Shown: positions 48,075 to 59,899 of the stretch, piece after piece
Layout of the letters: each line of letters opens with the position of its first letter
How positions within the stretch are numbered: the first letter of the stretch is position 1
Source of the DNA: Nemertoderma westbladi
Taxonomy: Eukaryota; Animalia; Xenacoelomorpha
NCBI GenBank assembly: GCA_032718475.1
Contig: JAUCBJ010003535.1
Span: forward strand, 17,126 to 81,125
Length of the DNA: 64,000 nt
Direction: 5' to 3'
Program-made: the position numbers and the translations under genes
Notes under the pieces: generated by a model
Databases searched by the model: none
What the model saw: only the letters and a program-made list of their open reading frames with translations
Told to the model about the DNA's origin: nothing

Positions 48075-51000
48075 GTAAGTTATTGCCAATATCAGTAAGT
48101 TATTGCCAATATCAGTAAGTTATTGCCAATATCAGTAAGTTATTGCCAATATCAGTAAGTTATTGCCAATATCAGTAAGTTATTGCCAATATCAGTAAGT
48201 TATTGCCAATATCAGTAAGTTATTGCCAATATCAGTAAGTTATTGCCAATATCAGTAAGTTATTGCCAATATCAGTAAGTTATTGCCAATATCAGTAAGT
48301 TATTGCCAATATCAGTAAGTTATTGCCAATATCAGTAAGTTATTGCCAATATCAGTAAGTTATTGCCAATATCAATGAGTTATTGCCAATATCAGTAAGT
48401 TATTGCCAATATAAGTAAGTTATTGCCAATATCAGTAGTTATTGCCAATATCAGTAAGTTATTGCCAATATCAGTAAGTTATAGCCAATATCAGTAAGTT
48501 ATTGCCAATATCAGTAAGTTATTGCCAATATCAGTAAGTTATTGCCAATATCAGTAAGTTATTGCCAATATCAGTAAGTTATTGCCAATATCAGTAAGTT
48601 ATTGCCAATATCAGTAGTTATTGCCAATATCAGTGAGTTATTGCCAATATCAGTAAGTTATTGCCAATATCAGTAAGTTATTGCCAATATCAGTAGTTAT
48701 TGCCAATATCAGTAAGTTATTGCCAATATCAGTAAGTTATAGCCAATATCAGTAAGTTATAGCCAATATCAGTAAGTTATTGCCAATATCAGTAAGTTAT
48801 TGCCAATATCAGTAAGTTATTGCCAATATCAGTAAGTTATTGCCAATATCAGTAAGTTATTGCCAATATCAATAAGTTATTGCCAATATCAGTAAGTTAT
48901 TGCCAATATCAGTAAGTTATTGCCAATATCAGTAAGTTATAGCCAATATCAGTAAGTTATTGCCAATATCAGTAAGTTATTGCCAATATCAGTAAGTTAT
49001 TGCCAATATCAGTAAGTTATAGCCAATATCAGTAAGTTATAGCCAATATCAGTAAGTTATTGCCAATATCAGTAAGTTATTGCCAATATCAGTAAGTTAT
49101 TGCCAATATCAGTAAGTTATTGCCAATATCAGTAAGTTATTGCCAATATCAATAAGTTATTGCCAATATCAGTAAGTTATTGCCAATATCAGTAAGTTAT
49201 TGCCAATATCAGTAAGTTATTGCCAATATCAGTAAGTTATTGCCAATATCAATAAGTTATTGCCAATATCAGTAAGTTATTGCCAATATCAGTAAGTTAT
49301 TGCCAATATCAGTAAGTTATTGCCAATATTAGTAAGTTATTGCCAATATCAATGAGTTATTGCCAATATCAGTAAGTTATTGCCAATATCAGTAAGTTAT
49401 TGCCAATATCAGTAGTTATTGCCAATATCAGTAAGTTATTGCCAATATCAGTAAGTTATAGCCAATATCAGTAAGTTATTGCCAATATCAGTAAGTTATT
49501 GCCAATATCAGTAAGTTATTGCCAATATCAGTAAGTTATTGCCAATATCAGTAAGTTATTGCCAATATCAGTAAGTTATTGCCAATATCAGTAAGTTATT
49601 GCCAATATCAGTAAGTTATTGCCAATATCAGTAAGTTATAGCCAATATCAGTAAGTTATTGCCAATATCAGTAAGTTATTGCCAATATCAGTAAGTTATT
49701 GCCAATATCAGTAAGTTATAGCCAATATCAGTAAGTTATTGCCAATATCAGTAAGTTATTGCCAATATCAGTAAGTTATTGCCAATATCAGTAAGTTATT
49801 GCCAATATCAGTAAGTTATTGCCAATATCAGTAAGTTATTGCCAATATCAGTAAGTTATTGCCAATATCAGTAAGTTATTGCCAATATCAGTAAGTTATT
49901 GCCAATATCAGTAAGTTATTGCCAATATCAATGAGTTATTGCCAATATCAGTAAGTTATTGCCAATATCAGTAAGTTATTGCCAATATCAGTAGTTATTG
50001 CCAATATCAGTAAGTTATTGCCAATATCAGTAAGTTATAGCCAATATCAGTAAGTTATTGCCAATATCAGTAAGTTATTGCCAATATCAGTAAGTTATTG
50101 CCAATATCAGTAAGTTATTGCCAATATCAGTAAGTTATTGCCAATATCAGTAAGTTATTGCCAATATCAGTAGTTATTGCCAATATCAGTGAGTTATTGC
50201 CAATATCAGTAAGTTATTGCCAATATCAGTAAGTTATTGCCAATATCAGTAGTTATTGCCAATATCAGTAAGTTATTGCCAATATCAGTAAGTTATAGCC
50301 AATATCAGTAAGTTATAGCCAATATCAGTAAGTTATTGCCAATATCAGTAAGTTATTGCCAATATCAGTAAGTTATTGCCAATATCAGTAAGTTATTGCC
50401 AATATCAGTAAGTTATTGCCAATATCAATAAGTTATTGCCAATATCAGTAAGTTATTGCCAATATCAGTAAGTTATTGCCAATATCAGTAAGTTATAGCC
50501 AATATCAGTAAGTTATTGCCAATATCAGTAAGTTATTGCCAATATCAGTAAGTTATTGCCAATATCAGTAAGTTATAGCCAATATCAGTAAGTTATAGCC
50601 AATATCAGTAAGTTATTGCCAATATCAGTAAGTTATTGCCAATATCAGTAAGTTATTGCCAATATCAGTAAGTTATTGCCAATATCAGTAAGTTATTGCC
50701 AATATCAATAAGTTATTGCCAATATCAGTAAGTTATTGCCAATATCAGTAAGTTATTGCCAATATCAGTAAGTTATTGCCAATATCAGTAAGTTATTGCC
50801 AATATCAATAAGTTATTGCCAATATCAGTAAGTTATTGCCAATATCAGTAAGTTATTGCCAATATCAGTAAGTTATTGCCAATATCAATGAGTTATTGCC
50901 AATATCAGTAAGTTATTGCCAATATCAGTAAGTTATTGCCAATATCAGTAGTTATTGCCAATATCAGTAAGTTATTGCCAATATCAATAAGTTATTGCCA

Positions 51001-53031
51001 ATATCAGTAAGTTATTGCCAATATCAGTAAGTTATTGCCAATATCAGTAAGTTATTGCCAATATCAATGAGTTATTGCCAATATCAGTAAGTTATTGCCA
51101 ATATCAGTAAGTTATTGCCAATATCAGTAGTTATTGCCAATATCAGTAAGTTATTGCCAATATCAGTAAGTTATTGCCAATATCAGTAAGTTATAGCCAA
51201 TATCAGTAAGTTATTGCCAATATCAGTAAGTTATTGCCAATATCAGTAAGTTATTGCCAATATCAGTAAGTTATAGCCAATATCAGTCAATAAGTTATTG
51301 CCAATATCAGTAAGTTATTGCCAATATCAGTAAGTTATTGCCAATATTAGTAAGTTATTGCCAATATCAATGAGTTATTGCCAATATCAGTAAGTTATTG
51401 CCAATATCAGTAAGTTATTGCCAATATCAGTAGTTATTGCCAATATCAGTAAGTTATTGCCAATATCAGTAAGTTATAGCCAATATCAGTAAGTTATTGC
51501 AAATATCAGTAAGTTATTGTCAATATCAGTAAGTTATTGCCAATATCAGTAAGTTATTGCCAATATCAATAAGTTATTGCCAATATCAGTAAGTTATTGC
51601 CAATATCAGTAAGTTATTGCCAATATCAGTAAGTTATTGCCAATATTAGTAAGTTATTGCCAATATCAATGAGTTATTGCCAATATCAGTAAGTTATTGC
51701 CAATATCAGTAAGTTATTGCCAATATCAGTAGTTATTGCCAATATCAGTAAGTTATTGCCAATATCAGTAAGTTATTGCCAATATCAGTAAGTTATTGCC
51801 AATATCAGTAAGTTATTGCCAATATCAATAAGTTATTGCCAATATCAGTAAGTTATTGCCAATATCAGTAAGTTATTGCCAATATCAGTAAGTTATTGCC
51901 AATATCAGTAAGTTATTGCCAATATTAGTAAGTTATTGCCAATATCAATGAGTTATTGCCAATATCAGTAAGTTATTGCCAATATCAGTAAGTTATTGCC
52001 AATATCAGTAGTTATTGCCAATATCAGTAAGTTATTGCCAATATCAGTAAGTTATAGCCAATATCAGTATCAGTAAGTTATTGCCAATATCAGTAAGTTA
52101 TTGCCAATATCAGTAAGTTATTGCCAATATCAGTAAGTTATTGCCAATATCAGTAAGTTATTGCCAATATCAGTAAGTTATTGCCAATATCAGTAAGTTA
52201 TTGCCAATATCAGTAAGTTATAGCCAATATCAGTAAGTTATTGCCAATATCAGTAAGTTATTGCCAATATCAGTAAGTTATTGCCAATATCAGTAAGTTA
52301 TAGCCAATATCAGTAAGTTATTGCCAATATCAGTAAGTTATTGCCAATATCAGTAAGTTATTGCCAATATCAGTAAGTTATTGCCAATATCAGTAAGTTA
52401 TTGCCAATATCAGTAAGTTATTGCCAATATCAGTAAGTTATTGCCAATATCAGTAAGTTATTGCCAATATCAGTAAGTTATTGCCAATATCAATGAGTTA
52501 TTGCCAATATCAGTAAGTTATTGCCAATATCAGTAAGTTATTGCCAATATCAGTAGTTATTGCCAATATCAGTAAGTTATTGCCAATATCAGTAAGTTAT
52601 TGCCAATATCAGTAAGTTATTGCCAATATCAGTAAGTTATTGCCAATATCAGTAAGTTATTGCCAATATCAGTAAGTTATTGCCAATATCAGTAAGTTAT
52701 TGCCAATATCAGTAAGTTATTGCCAATATCAATAAGTTATTGCCAATATCAGTAAGTTATTGCCAATATCAGTAAGTTATTGCCAATATCAGTAAGTTAT
52801 TGCCAATATCAATGAGTTATTGCCAATATCAGTAAGTTATTGCCAATATCAGTAAGTTATTGCCAATATCAGTAGTTATTGCCAATATCAGTAAGTTATT
52901 GCCAATATCAGTAAGTTATAGCCAATATCAGTAAGTTATTGCCAATATCAGTAAGTTATTGCCAATATCAGTAAGTTATTGCCAATATCAGTAAGTTATT
53001 GCCAATATCAGTAAGTTATTGCCAATATCAG
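48059..53031 (+). repeat. 20-bp satellite, about 250 units, made of the exon end plus splice donor
   Basis: Unit gttattgccaatatca|gtaa; the first copy overlaps the last 16 nt of the exon. Confidence 0.98.
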
Positions 53032-53126
53032 CAATATAGCGGCGCAGTAACGTGGTACCGGTATTATAAATCCAATGGTCCATATATTTATTTTTTTAAC
53101 TAATTTATTTATATCATCTCTCACAG

Positions 53127-53524
53127 ACTGCGCTGTTAAAGAAGGTCTGCTCTACCGGATGGTCGTCCAGGGTTCATACACTCAGGATACTGACGTCACT
53201 GATAACTCAATCCCAGAATTAATCTCATCCAACGGGACTGTAGAACAATACTTCATACCTAAAGACATCCCCACCCGTTACAAACACGACTGGTATTGTT
53301 TCCAGTGCCACGCAGGTAACGAAGGCGATGTATACGAATGCGCCGTCTGCGATCGCGTCTACCATACCCGCTGCCTGTCGGACAAGGTGGTTAACAGCGC
53401 CCCCTGGCGGTGTCGGTTTTGTTTGGCTGCGTCCGACGCTACTTCTGTTAACGCCAATATCGGACTCAGCCACTCGGTGCTCAATAAAACTCTCGCGTTC
53501 GTCCTGAACAGGATGAAGGAAAAG
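53127..53524 (+). CDS. ZMYND11: ZMYND11-like exon: end of winged helix, PHD finger, start of bromodomain
   Basis: CAVKEGLL...HDWYCFQCH..VYECAVCDRVYHTRCL..PWRCRFC..LAFVLNRMKEK; phase 1 to 0. Confidence 0.93.
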
Positions 53525-54971
53525 GTTAGCGCCGTAGTTAGCCGAGCTGTGCCATATAGTTAGTCGAGCTGTGCCATAGTTAGCCGAGCTGTGCCATAGT
53601 TAGTTGAGCTGTGCCATAGTTAGCCGAGCTGTGCCATAATTAGCCGAGCTGAACCATAGTTAGCCGAGCTATGCTATAGTTAGCCGAGATGTCCTATAGT
53701 TAGCCGAGCTGTGCCATAGTTCGCTGAGCTGTGCCATAGTTCGCCGAGCTGAGCCATAGTTAGCCGACCTGCGCCATAGTTAGGGGAGCTGTGCCATAGT
53801 TAGTGCCATAATTATCCGAGCTGAACCATAGTTAGCCGACCTGCGCCATATTCTTAGTCGAGCTGTGCCATAGTTAGCCGAGCTGTACCATAGTTAGTCG
53901 AGCTGTGCCATAGTTAAACGAGCTGCGCCATAGTTAGGCGAGCTGTGCCATAGTTAGCGTAGCTGTGCCATAGTTAGTGCCATAATTATCCGAGCTGAAC
54001 CATAGTTAGCCGAGCTGTGCTATATTTTATTTAGCCGAGCTGTGCTGTGCCATAGTTAGTCGAGCTGTGACATAATAGTTAGCCTAGCTGTGCCATAATT
54101 AGCCAAGCTGACGCATAGTTAGCCGAGCTATGCTATAGTTAGCAGAGCTGTGCCATAATTAGCCGCGTTGTACCTTAGTTAGTCGAGCTGGGCCATAATT
54201 AACCGAGCTGTGCCATAATTAGCTGAGCTGTGACATAGTTAGCCGAGCTGCGCCATATAGATAGCGGAGCTGTGCCATTGTTAGTCGAGCTGGGCCATAA
54301 TTAACCGGGCTGTGCCATAATTAGCCGAGTTGTGACATAGTTAGCCGAGCAGCGACATAGTTAGCCGAGCTGTACCATAGTTAGCCGAGCTGTAACATTG
54401 TTAGTCGAGCTGCGCCATAGTAGTCGAGCTGTGACATAATAGTTAGCCTAGCTGCGCCATAATTAGCCAAGCTGACGCATAGTTAGCCGAGCTATGCTAT
54501 AGTTAGCAGAGCTGTGCCTTAGTTAGCCGAGCTGGGCCATAATTAACCGAGCTGTGCCATAATTAGCTGAGCTGTGACATAGTTAGCCGAGCTGGGCCAT
54601 AATTAACCGAGCTGTGCCATAATTCGCCGAGCTGTGACATGCTTAGTCGAGCTGTGCCATAGTTAGTCTGTGACATAATGGTTAGCCTAGCTGTGCCATA
54701 ATTAGCCAAGCTGAAGCATAGTTAGCCGAGCTATGCTATAGTTAGCAGAGCTGAGCCATAATTAACCGCGCTGTGCCTTAGTTAGTCGAGCTGGGCCATA
54801 ATTAACCGAGCTGTGCCATAATTAGCTGAGCTGTGACATAGTTAGTCGAGCTGCGCCATATAGTTAGCGGAGCTGTGCCATAGTTAGTCGAGCTGCGCCA
54901 TATAGTTAGCGGAGCTGTGCCATAGTTAGTCGAGCTGGGCCATAATTAGCCGCGCTGTACCATAGTTAGCC
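53525..54971 (+). repeat. Diverged 20-bp satellite starting at the splice donor, about 70 units
   Basis: Unit gttagccgagctgtgccata; the donor is AAG|gttagc. Confidence 0.95.
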
Positions 54972-55020
54972 TACTAATAATAACTAATAATTAATAATCG
55001 ACTCGATTCTTTTTTATTAG

Positions 55021-55204
55021 AGTCAGAAAATTCATCTGATCGCTCCCCTCGATGAGGACCAGAAGTTTTACGACTCGATCATTTACAAACACATGGACAT
55101 GAAAGTGATGGGAAACAAAATCCACAAGGAGTTGTACACCTGTCTGGAGGAGTTCGAGGGAGACGCCTTGAGGATGCAGCATAACTGCGTCTTATATTAC
55201 GGAT
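55021..55204 (+). CDS. ZMYND11: ZMYND11-like exon, bromodomain
   Basis: FYDSIIYKHMDMKVMGNKIHKELYTCLEEFEGDALRMQHNCVLYYG; tttattag acceptor and T|gtaagt donor. Confidence 0.92.
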
Positions 55205-56011
55205 GTAAGTTATTGTATTACGGATGTAAGTTATTGTATTACGGGTGTAAGTTATTGTATTACGGATGTAAGTTATTGTATTACGGATGTAAGTTATTGT
55301 ATTACGGGTGTAAGTTATTGTATTACGGATGTAAGTTATTGTATTACGGATGTAAGTTATTGTATTACGGGTGTAATTTATTGTATTACGGGTGTAAGTT
55401 ATTGTATTACGGGTGTAAGTTATTGTATTACAGGTGTAAGTTATTGTATTACGGATGTAAGTTATTGTATTACGGATGTAAGTTATTGTATTACGGGTGT
55501 AAGTTATTGTATTACGGGTGTAAGTTATTGTATTACGGATGTAAGTTATTGTATTACGGGTATTGTATTACGGATGTAAGTTATTGTATTACGGGTGTAA
55601 GTTATTGTATTACGGATGTAAGTTATTGTATTACAGGTGTAAGTTATTGTATTACAGGTGTAAGTTATTGTATTACGGGTGTAAGTTATTGTATTACAGG
55701 TGTAAGTTATTGTATTACGGGTGTAAGTTATTGTATTACGGGTGTAAGTTATTGTATTACGGGTTTAAGTTATTGTATTACGGGTGTAAGTTATTGTATT
55801 ACAGTGGTGTAAGTTATTGTATTACGGATGTAAGTTATTGTATTACGGGTGTAAGTTATTGTATTACGGGTTTAAGTTATTGTATTACGGGTGTAAGTTA
55901 TTGTATTACAGGTGTAAGTTATTGTATTACGGATGTAAGTTATTGTATTACGGGTGTAAGTTATTGTATTACGGATGTAAGTTGTTGTATTACGGATGTA
56001 AGTTATTGTAT
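55195..56011 (+). repeat. 21-bp satellite spanning the splice donor, about 38 units; resumes at about 57075-57100
   Basis: Unit tattacggRt|gtaagttattg. Confidence 0.97.
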
Positions 56012-56014
56012 TCT

Positions 56015-57078
56015 GTATGTTATTGTCTACTGTCTGCCCATTGCTACAGCATGCGATCATCTTGAAGTCGGCTACCACATCTACGCTGACGACAACCAGA
56101 TCTTCATAATTTTCGACTGCCTTGACTCATTGGCACTAAAAGCTTCGATAGCAAATTGCATCCAAGCCATCAAAGTGCAACTCGATGAACTTCACCTGTT
56201 CTTGAATGATGACATGACAGACATCCTACTACTTGGACGCGGCAACGATTTCTTGAGCTTTGCATCAGAATTCTCAGTCTCTCTAGGCGGCAAGATAATT
56301 CAATCCCTATCCACCGTAACAACCCTTGGAGTTCGCTTCGATAGTCAGCTAAATATGCATGATCACATTAAAACTCTCAAATCTATTCTATAATAATTCT
56401 ATATTCTAATTCTAATATTCTAATAATTCTAATCTATATCAGCATCTATTAACTTTCACCTCAGGAACATACGTCGAATAAAAGAACACTTGTCTTCTGA
56501 TAATCTGAAGAAGCTTGTCAATGCTCTAATAATATCACGTATCGATCAAAACAACAGTCTTCTGTATAATCTACCAACTGTGTCCCTCAACAGACTACAA
56601 CTTGCACTTAATAGCTGCGCCCGCCTTATTTCAGGTCAACCGGTTCGGTCTCACATCACCCCTACTTTACGAACTCTTCACTGGTTGCCGGTCACCTTCC
56701 GTATCGAGTACAAGATTGCACTCATGACGTGGAAGGCGCTTAATGGTCTCGCCCCGTCTTACATTTTAGAACTGTTGACTCCAAACTACAACCCAACTAG
56801 AACCCAACAACTGTGGACTTTATCGGTCCCAAGATACAACTTAAAGACGGTCGGTTCCCGTGCATTTAAACATGCTGCCCCAGTTATTTTCAACAGTATC
56901 CCCCTTAGCTTAAGAACTTGCACAAATTTAGAATCATTCAAATCTCAACTCAAAACATGTTTATATAATAGGGCCTTCAACTGACTTTCTAACTGTTTTT
57001 ACTACTGCGCCTTTGAACCTTGCGAAAAAGGCGCATAACAAGAAATTGTGTATTATTATTATTATTATTATTATTATT
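56015..57078 (+). mobile_element. 5'-truncated L2/CR1-group LINE inserted in the 21-bp array
   Basis: YADD RT motif, SHITPTLRTLHWLPV C-terminus, 3' stem-loop gcgccttt..aaaggcgc, (ATT)n tail. The frame is broken by an (attcta)n expansion at about 56385-56435. Confidence 0.9.
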
Positions 57079-57214
57079 ACAGGTGTAAGTTATTGTATTT
57101 TTTTTAATATTAATTAAAACTAATATAATTTGTGTTATAAATCTAAAAATATTTAGCAAGTTGTTAGACTTAATTACTGTAAGAAAAAAAGCTACGGACT
57201 ACTGGCTACTGACC

Positions 57215-58177
57215 TAGACCAACAACGGCGATAACGATTTTGATGAAATTTTGCATGGACCATGAAAATGGATTTCTAAGGGTACTTGTGAAATCGCGCT
57301 TTAAATTGAAACATCTCAACTTGTTTTATTTCAAAAAATAGCCCCAAAACACGAAAACACTTTCTTTGCTAAGTATTATCACTCTACTCTACAACCCAGA
57401 CAGTAATCAAACATAAACTGATTTAACTATTACAGTCTCAGCTGAATAACTCTTCCCAATGCATCCTTGCTATGTTAATTAATTGGCGTGCAAGCTAAAT
57501 GACTGTTAGTTATACAGTGTGTTGGCTACACAGTGTATTGTACTATGCTCTCATCGCATTATTGTTTTATTTTGAAATCTTTGTGCCAACATTAATACTG
57601 TGGAGGCTCTATGCTTATAAGGCTGAATGTTTACTCAGCCTCATAATGATTCTTCATAAGGCTAACATTATAGTTTGAAATATAAAAATCTGTTATATAA
57701 TAATAATATAATTGTTGTATTTAATTAATATCGTGGTTTACATTTAACAGTGTAAATTGTTAATCGCGGTTTACATTGAAACATCTCAACTTGTTTTATT
57801 TATTACAAAAATAAGAACGAATTTGTCTTATCACTTATTGTGCGCGATTGTATTGAATTCATGACAACTGCTGTTATTATTATTAATCAATTGACACCTC
57901 GACTCCTCTCTGAGACTCCGACTACTCTATCCGATAGAATAAAATAATCATTTCGCTAACTGCTCTCTATCTTCTATAATCACAACAGCTTTTATAATTC
58001 ATTAGATGATTACAACATAATAATTATAGTTTGAAGTTGTCTAGAAAATTTTTCGTACACCACCGGGACTACCCTCACACTAATTTATTATCAGACAGAA
58101 CAAAAAGCTTTTACTTGACTCGTACTGTCTCCTACGACTTGCTTCACGGGCCGCTAGGCCGCTAGGCCCGTCTCTAG
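57215..58177 (+). mobile_element. Probable non-autonomous Helitron-type element; only the 3' end is well defined
   Basis: GC hairpin acgggcc..ggcccgt followed by CTAG|T at 58146-58178. The 5' boundary is a guess. Confidence 0.45.
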
Positions 58178-58603
58178 TTACCGAATGAAAGAAACCAGGT
58201 TACATAACAAATAAATGTGATAAACCTTTAGTTCTGGTGCTTTTGAAAAATAACATATAAAATTATAAAAACTTAGCCATGCGAAAATAGATCAAATAGA
58301 GTAGAAATGATCCAAAATAATTCCTAAAACTACAAACTCGTCAAACGAGACATAAAATGCATATCGAATATATCCGAGGCCAATATCCTATAGAGAGACT
58401 CTATTATTATAGATAGAAAAATATTGGAATTGGGACAGAAAGGGGCGGAATACTTAGTTAGTTATTGTTGGGATATAATTAATTTATTAATTAATTACAG
58501 AACTTAAGTAAAAAATAAATAAAGAAAAAGTAAAAACATAAAGCGAAGGAAAGCAACATGATAATACAAATTTCCCAAAGAACAAGCCGATATTATAGAT
58601 CGT

Positions 58604-59899
58604 TTAATGCGCTACGACGCCTCCAGTAGAAGCTATGGTTGCCAACCTACTGGCGTCCACACCGACAACCGCAGACTGCTTCCTCCCCCCACTGCCACCC
58701 GTCCCCTTCCCTCCTCTGCCCCCTCTCCCCCGCACCGGCCCCCGCTCTATAACCACTAGTCTCTCCGTGGCTCCCAGCGGGGCCGCCACCGCCTTAGCCA
58801 CCCTAGGGAGCGCATCGAGCACCAACGAGTTGACGGCTGCCCCGCCGTACCGACTATACGCCCTCGCTTTGCTCTCCATCCCGACAGCCTCCGCTTCTCC
58901 GACCGCCTTTATGCTCGCGGCCTCGGCCCCGCCTATCAGCCGGATCTCCTCGGCGGCTCCCTTTGCCAGCTCCACCGTCTGCGTACGTCTCCCCCCCGCT
59001 TCGCGCTCCATTCTGTAGCTCTCCGCCTCCGCTGGGACCCGCACTGTAGCCGACAACTCCTTATCCTTCCTCGCAACCTCCTGATCTTCGATCTGGATCT
59101 GTTTCCGTCGTTCGACCACTTCGATCTGGACTTCCTCGGATTTAATCTCTTGTTGAATCTTGGCTGTTTGTAGTTTATAGGCGAGTTCGGATTGGGCGCG
59201 AATAATACTCACCTCTCCATCGAACTCAGCTTCCTTCATCTCGAATCCCCTTTTACTATCGGCTATCGATGAGTCAGCTGCGTACCGACTATCCAACCGC
59301 AGTTTATCCGCTTGCGCCTGCGATATCTCCGCGTCCCGCTCCGCTTCCGCAACGGCCACTGACGCGTCTCGCATTACAGCCGCCGTCTGAGAACGACCCA
59401 AAGAGTTCAGATAATCCACCATATCTGTGACGTCCTTAATAGTAAAACTTAGTATCTCGATACCCATTCTACTAATATCTGGAGCTGCGACTTCTCGAAT
59501 CAGTAAGGCAAATTTATCCCGATCTTTATAAATATCTTCTACAGTTAAAGTTCCTAGAATAGATCGTAAATGCCCTTCCAGAGTCTGTAAGACCAGGTCT
59601 TTTATTTCGCTTTGATCTCTACCTAAAAATTGCTCGCAAGCAATCGCTAATAACTGACTCTCTGTCATCACTTTGGCTTGGACGCAACAAGTTACAGTTA
59701 CCGGGACTCCCTCGCTCGTCTCCACTTGTTCGCATCTCGGGTTGAGTGTCATTAACTCCAGGCTGATGGTCTGGACATCTGACACTAACCACCAGGCCCA
59801 GCCCCATCCTCCCACCACGAACTTCCGTCCCAGTCCCCCACACAGACCTCCAGATATCACCAGCGCCTCGTTAGGCCCCACTACGTGGATGTTCCCCAT
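58604..59899 (-). CDS. FLOT2: Flotillin-2 (reggie-1), single exon, 431 aa
   Basis: MGNIHVVGPNEALVISGG..GGWGWAWW..LQTLEGHLRSILGTLTVE..AAPDISRMGIEILSFTIKD SPFH domain, followed by the AEAE flotillin coiled coil. Confidence 0.95.
   Translation of the reverse strand: MGNIHVVGPNEALVISGGLCGGLGRKFVVGGWGWAWWLVSDVQTISLELMTLNPRCEQVETSEGVPVTVTCCVQAKVMTESQLLAIACEQFLGRDQSEIKDLVLQTLEGHLRSILGTLTVEDIYKDRDKFALLIREVAAPDISRMGIEILSFTIKDVTDMVDYLNSLGRSQTAAVMRDASVAVAEAERDAEISQAQADKLRLDSRYAADSSIADSKRGFEMKEAEFDGEVSIIRAQSELAYKLQTAKIQQEIKSEEVQIEVVERRKQIQIEDQEVARKDKELSATVRVPAEAESYRMEREAGGRRTQTVELAKGAAEEIRLIGGAEAASIKAVGEAEAVGMESKARAYSRYGGAAVNSLVLDALPRVAKAVAAPLGATERLVVIERGPVRGRGGRGGKGTGGSGGRKQSAVVGVDASRLATIASTGGVVAH

Noticed and set aside
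48059-53031. CRISPR-like array or telomeric repeat
   Set aside because: There are no unique spacers or cas genes, the context is eukaryotic, and the unit derives from the local exon end.
48075-53031. Recursive splice sites (AG|GT) in the 20-bp array
   Set aside because: The AG dinucleotides in the unit are followed by TA or TT, not GT, and there is no polypyrimidine tract.
55563-56393. 276-aa ORF as a bromodomain-repeat-RT fusion protein
   Set aside because: It is a chance read-through from satellite into a 5'-truncated L2, separated from the exon frame by indels.
58635-59018. Plus-strand Pro/Ala-rich ORF; likewise 15972-16320 and 46242-46829
   Set aside because: Antisense shadows of real coding sequence.
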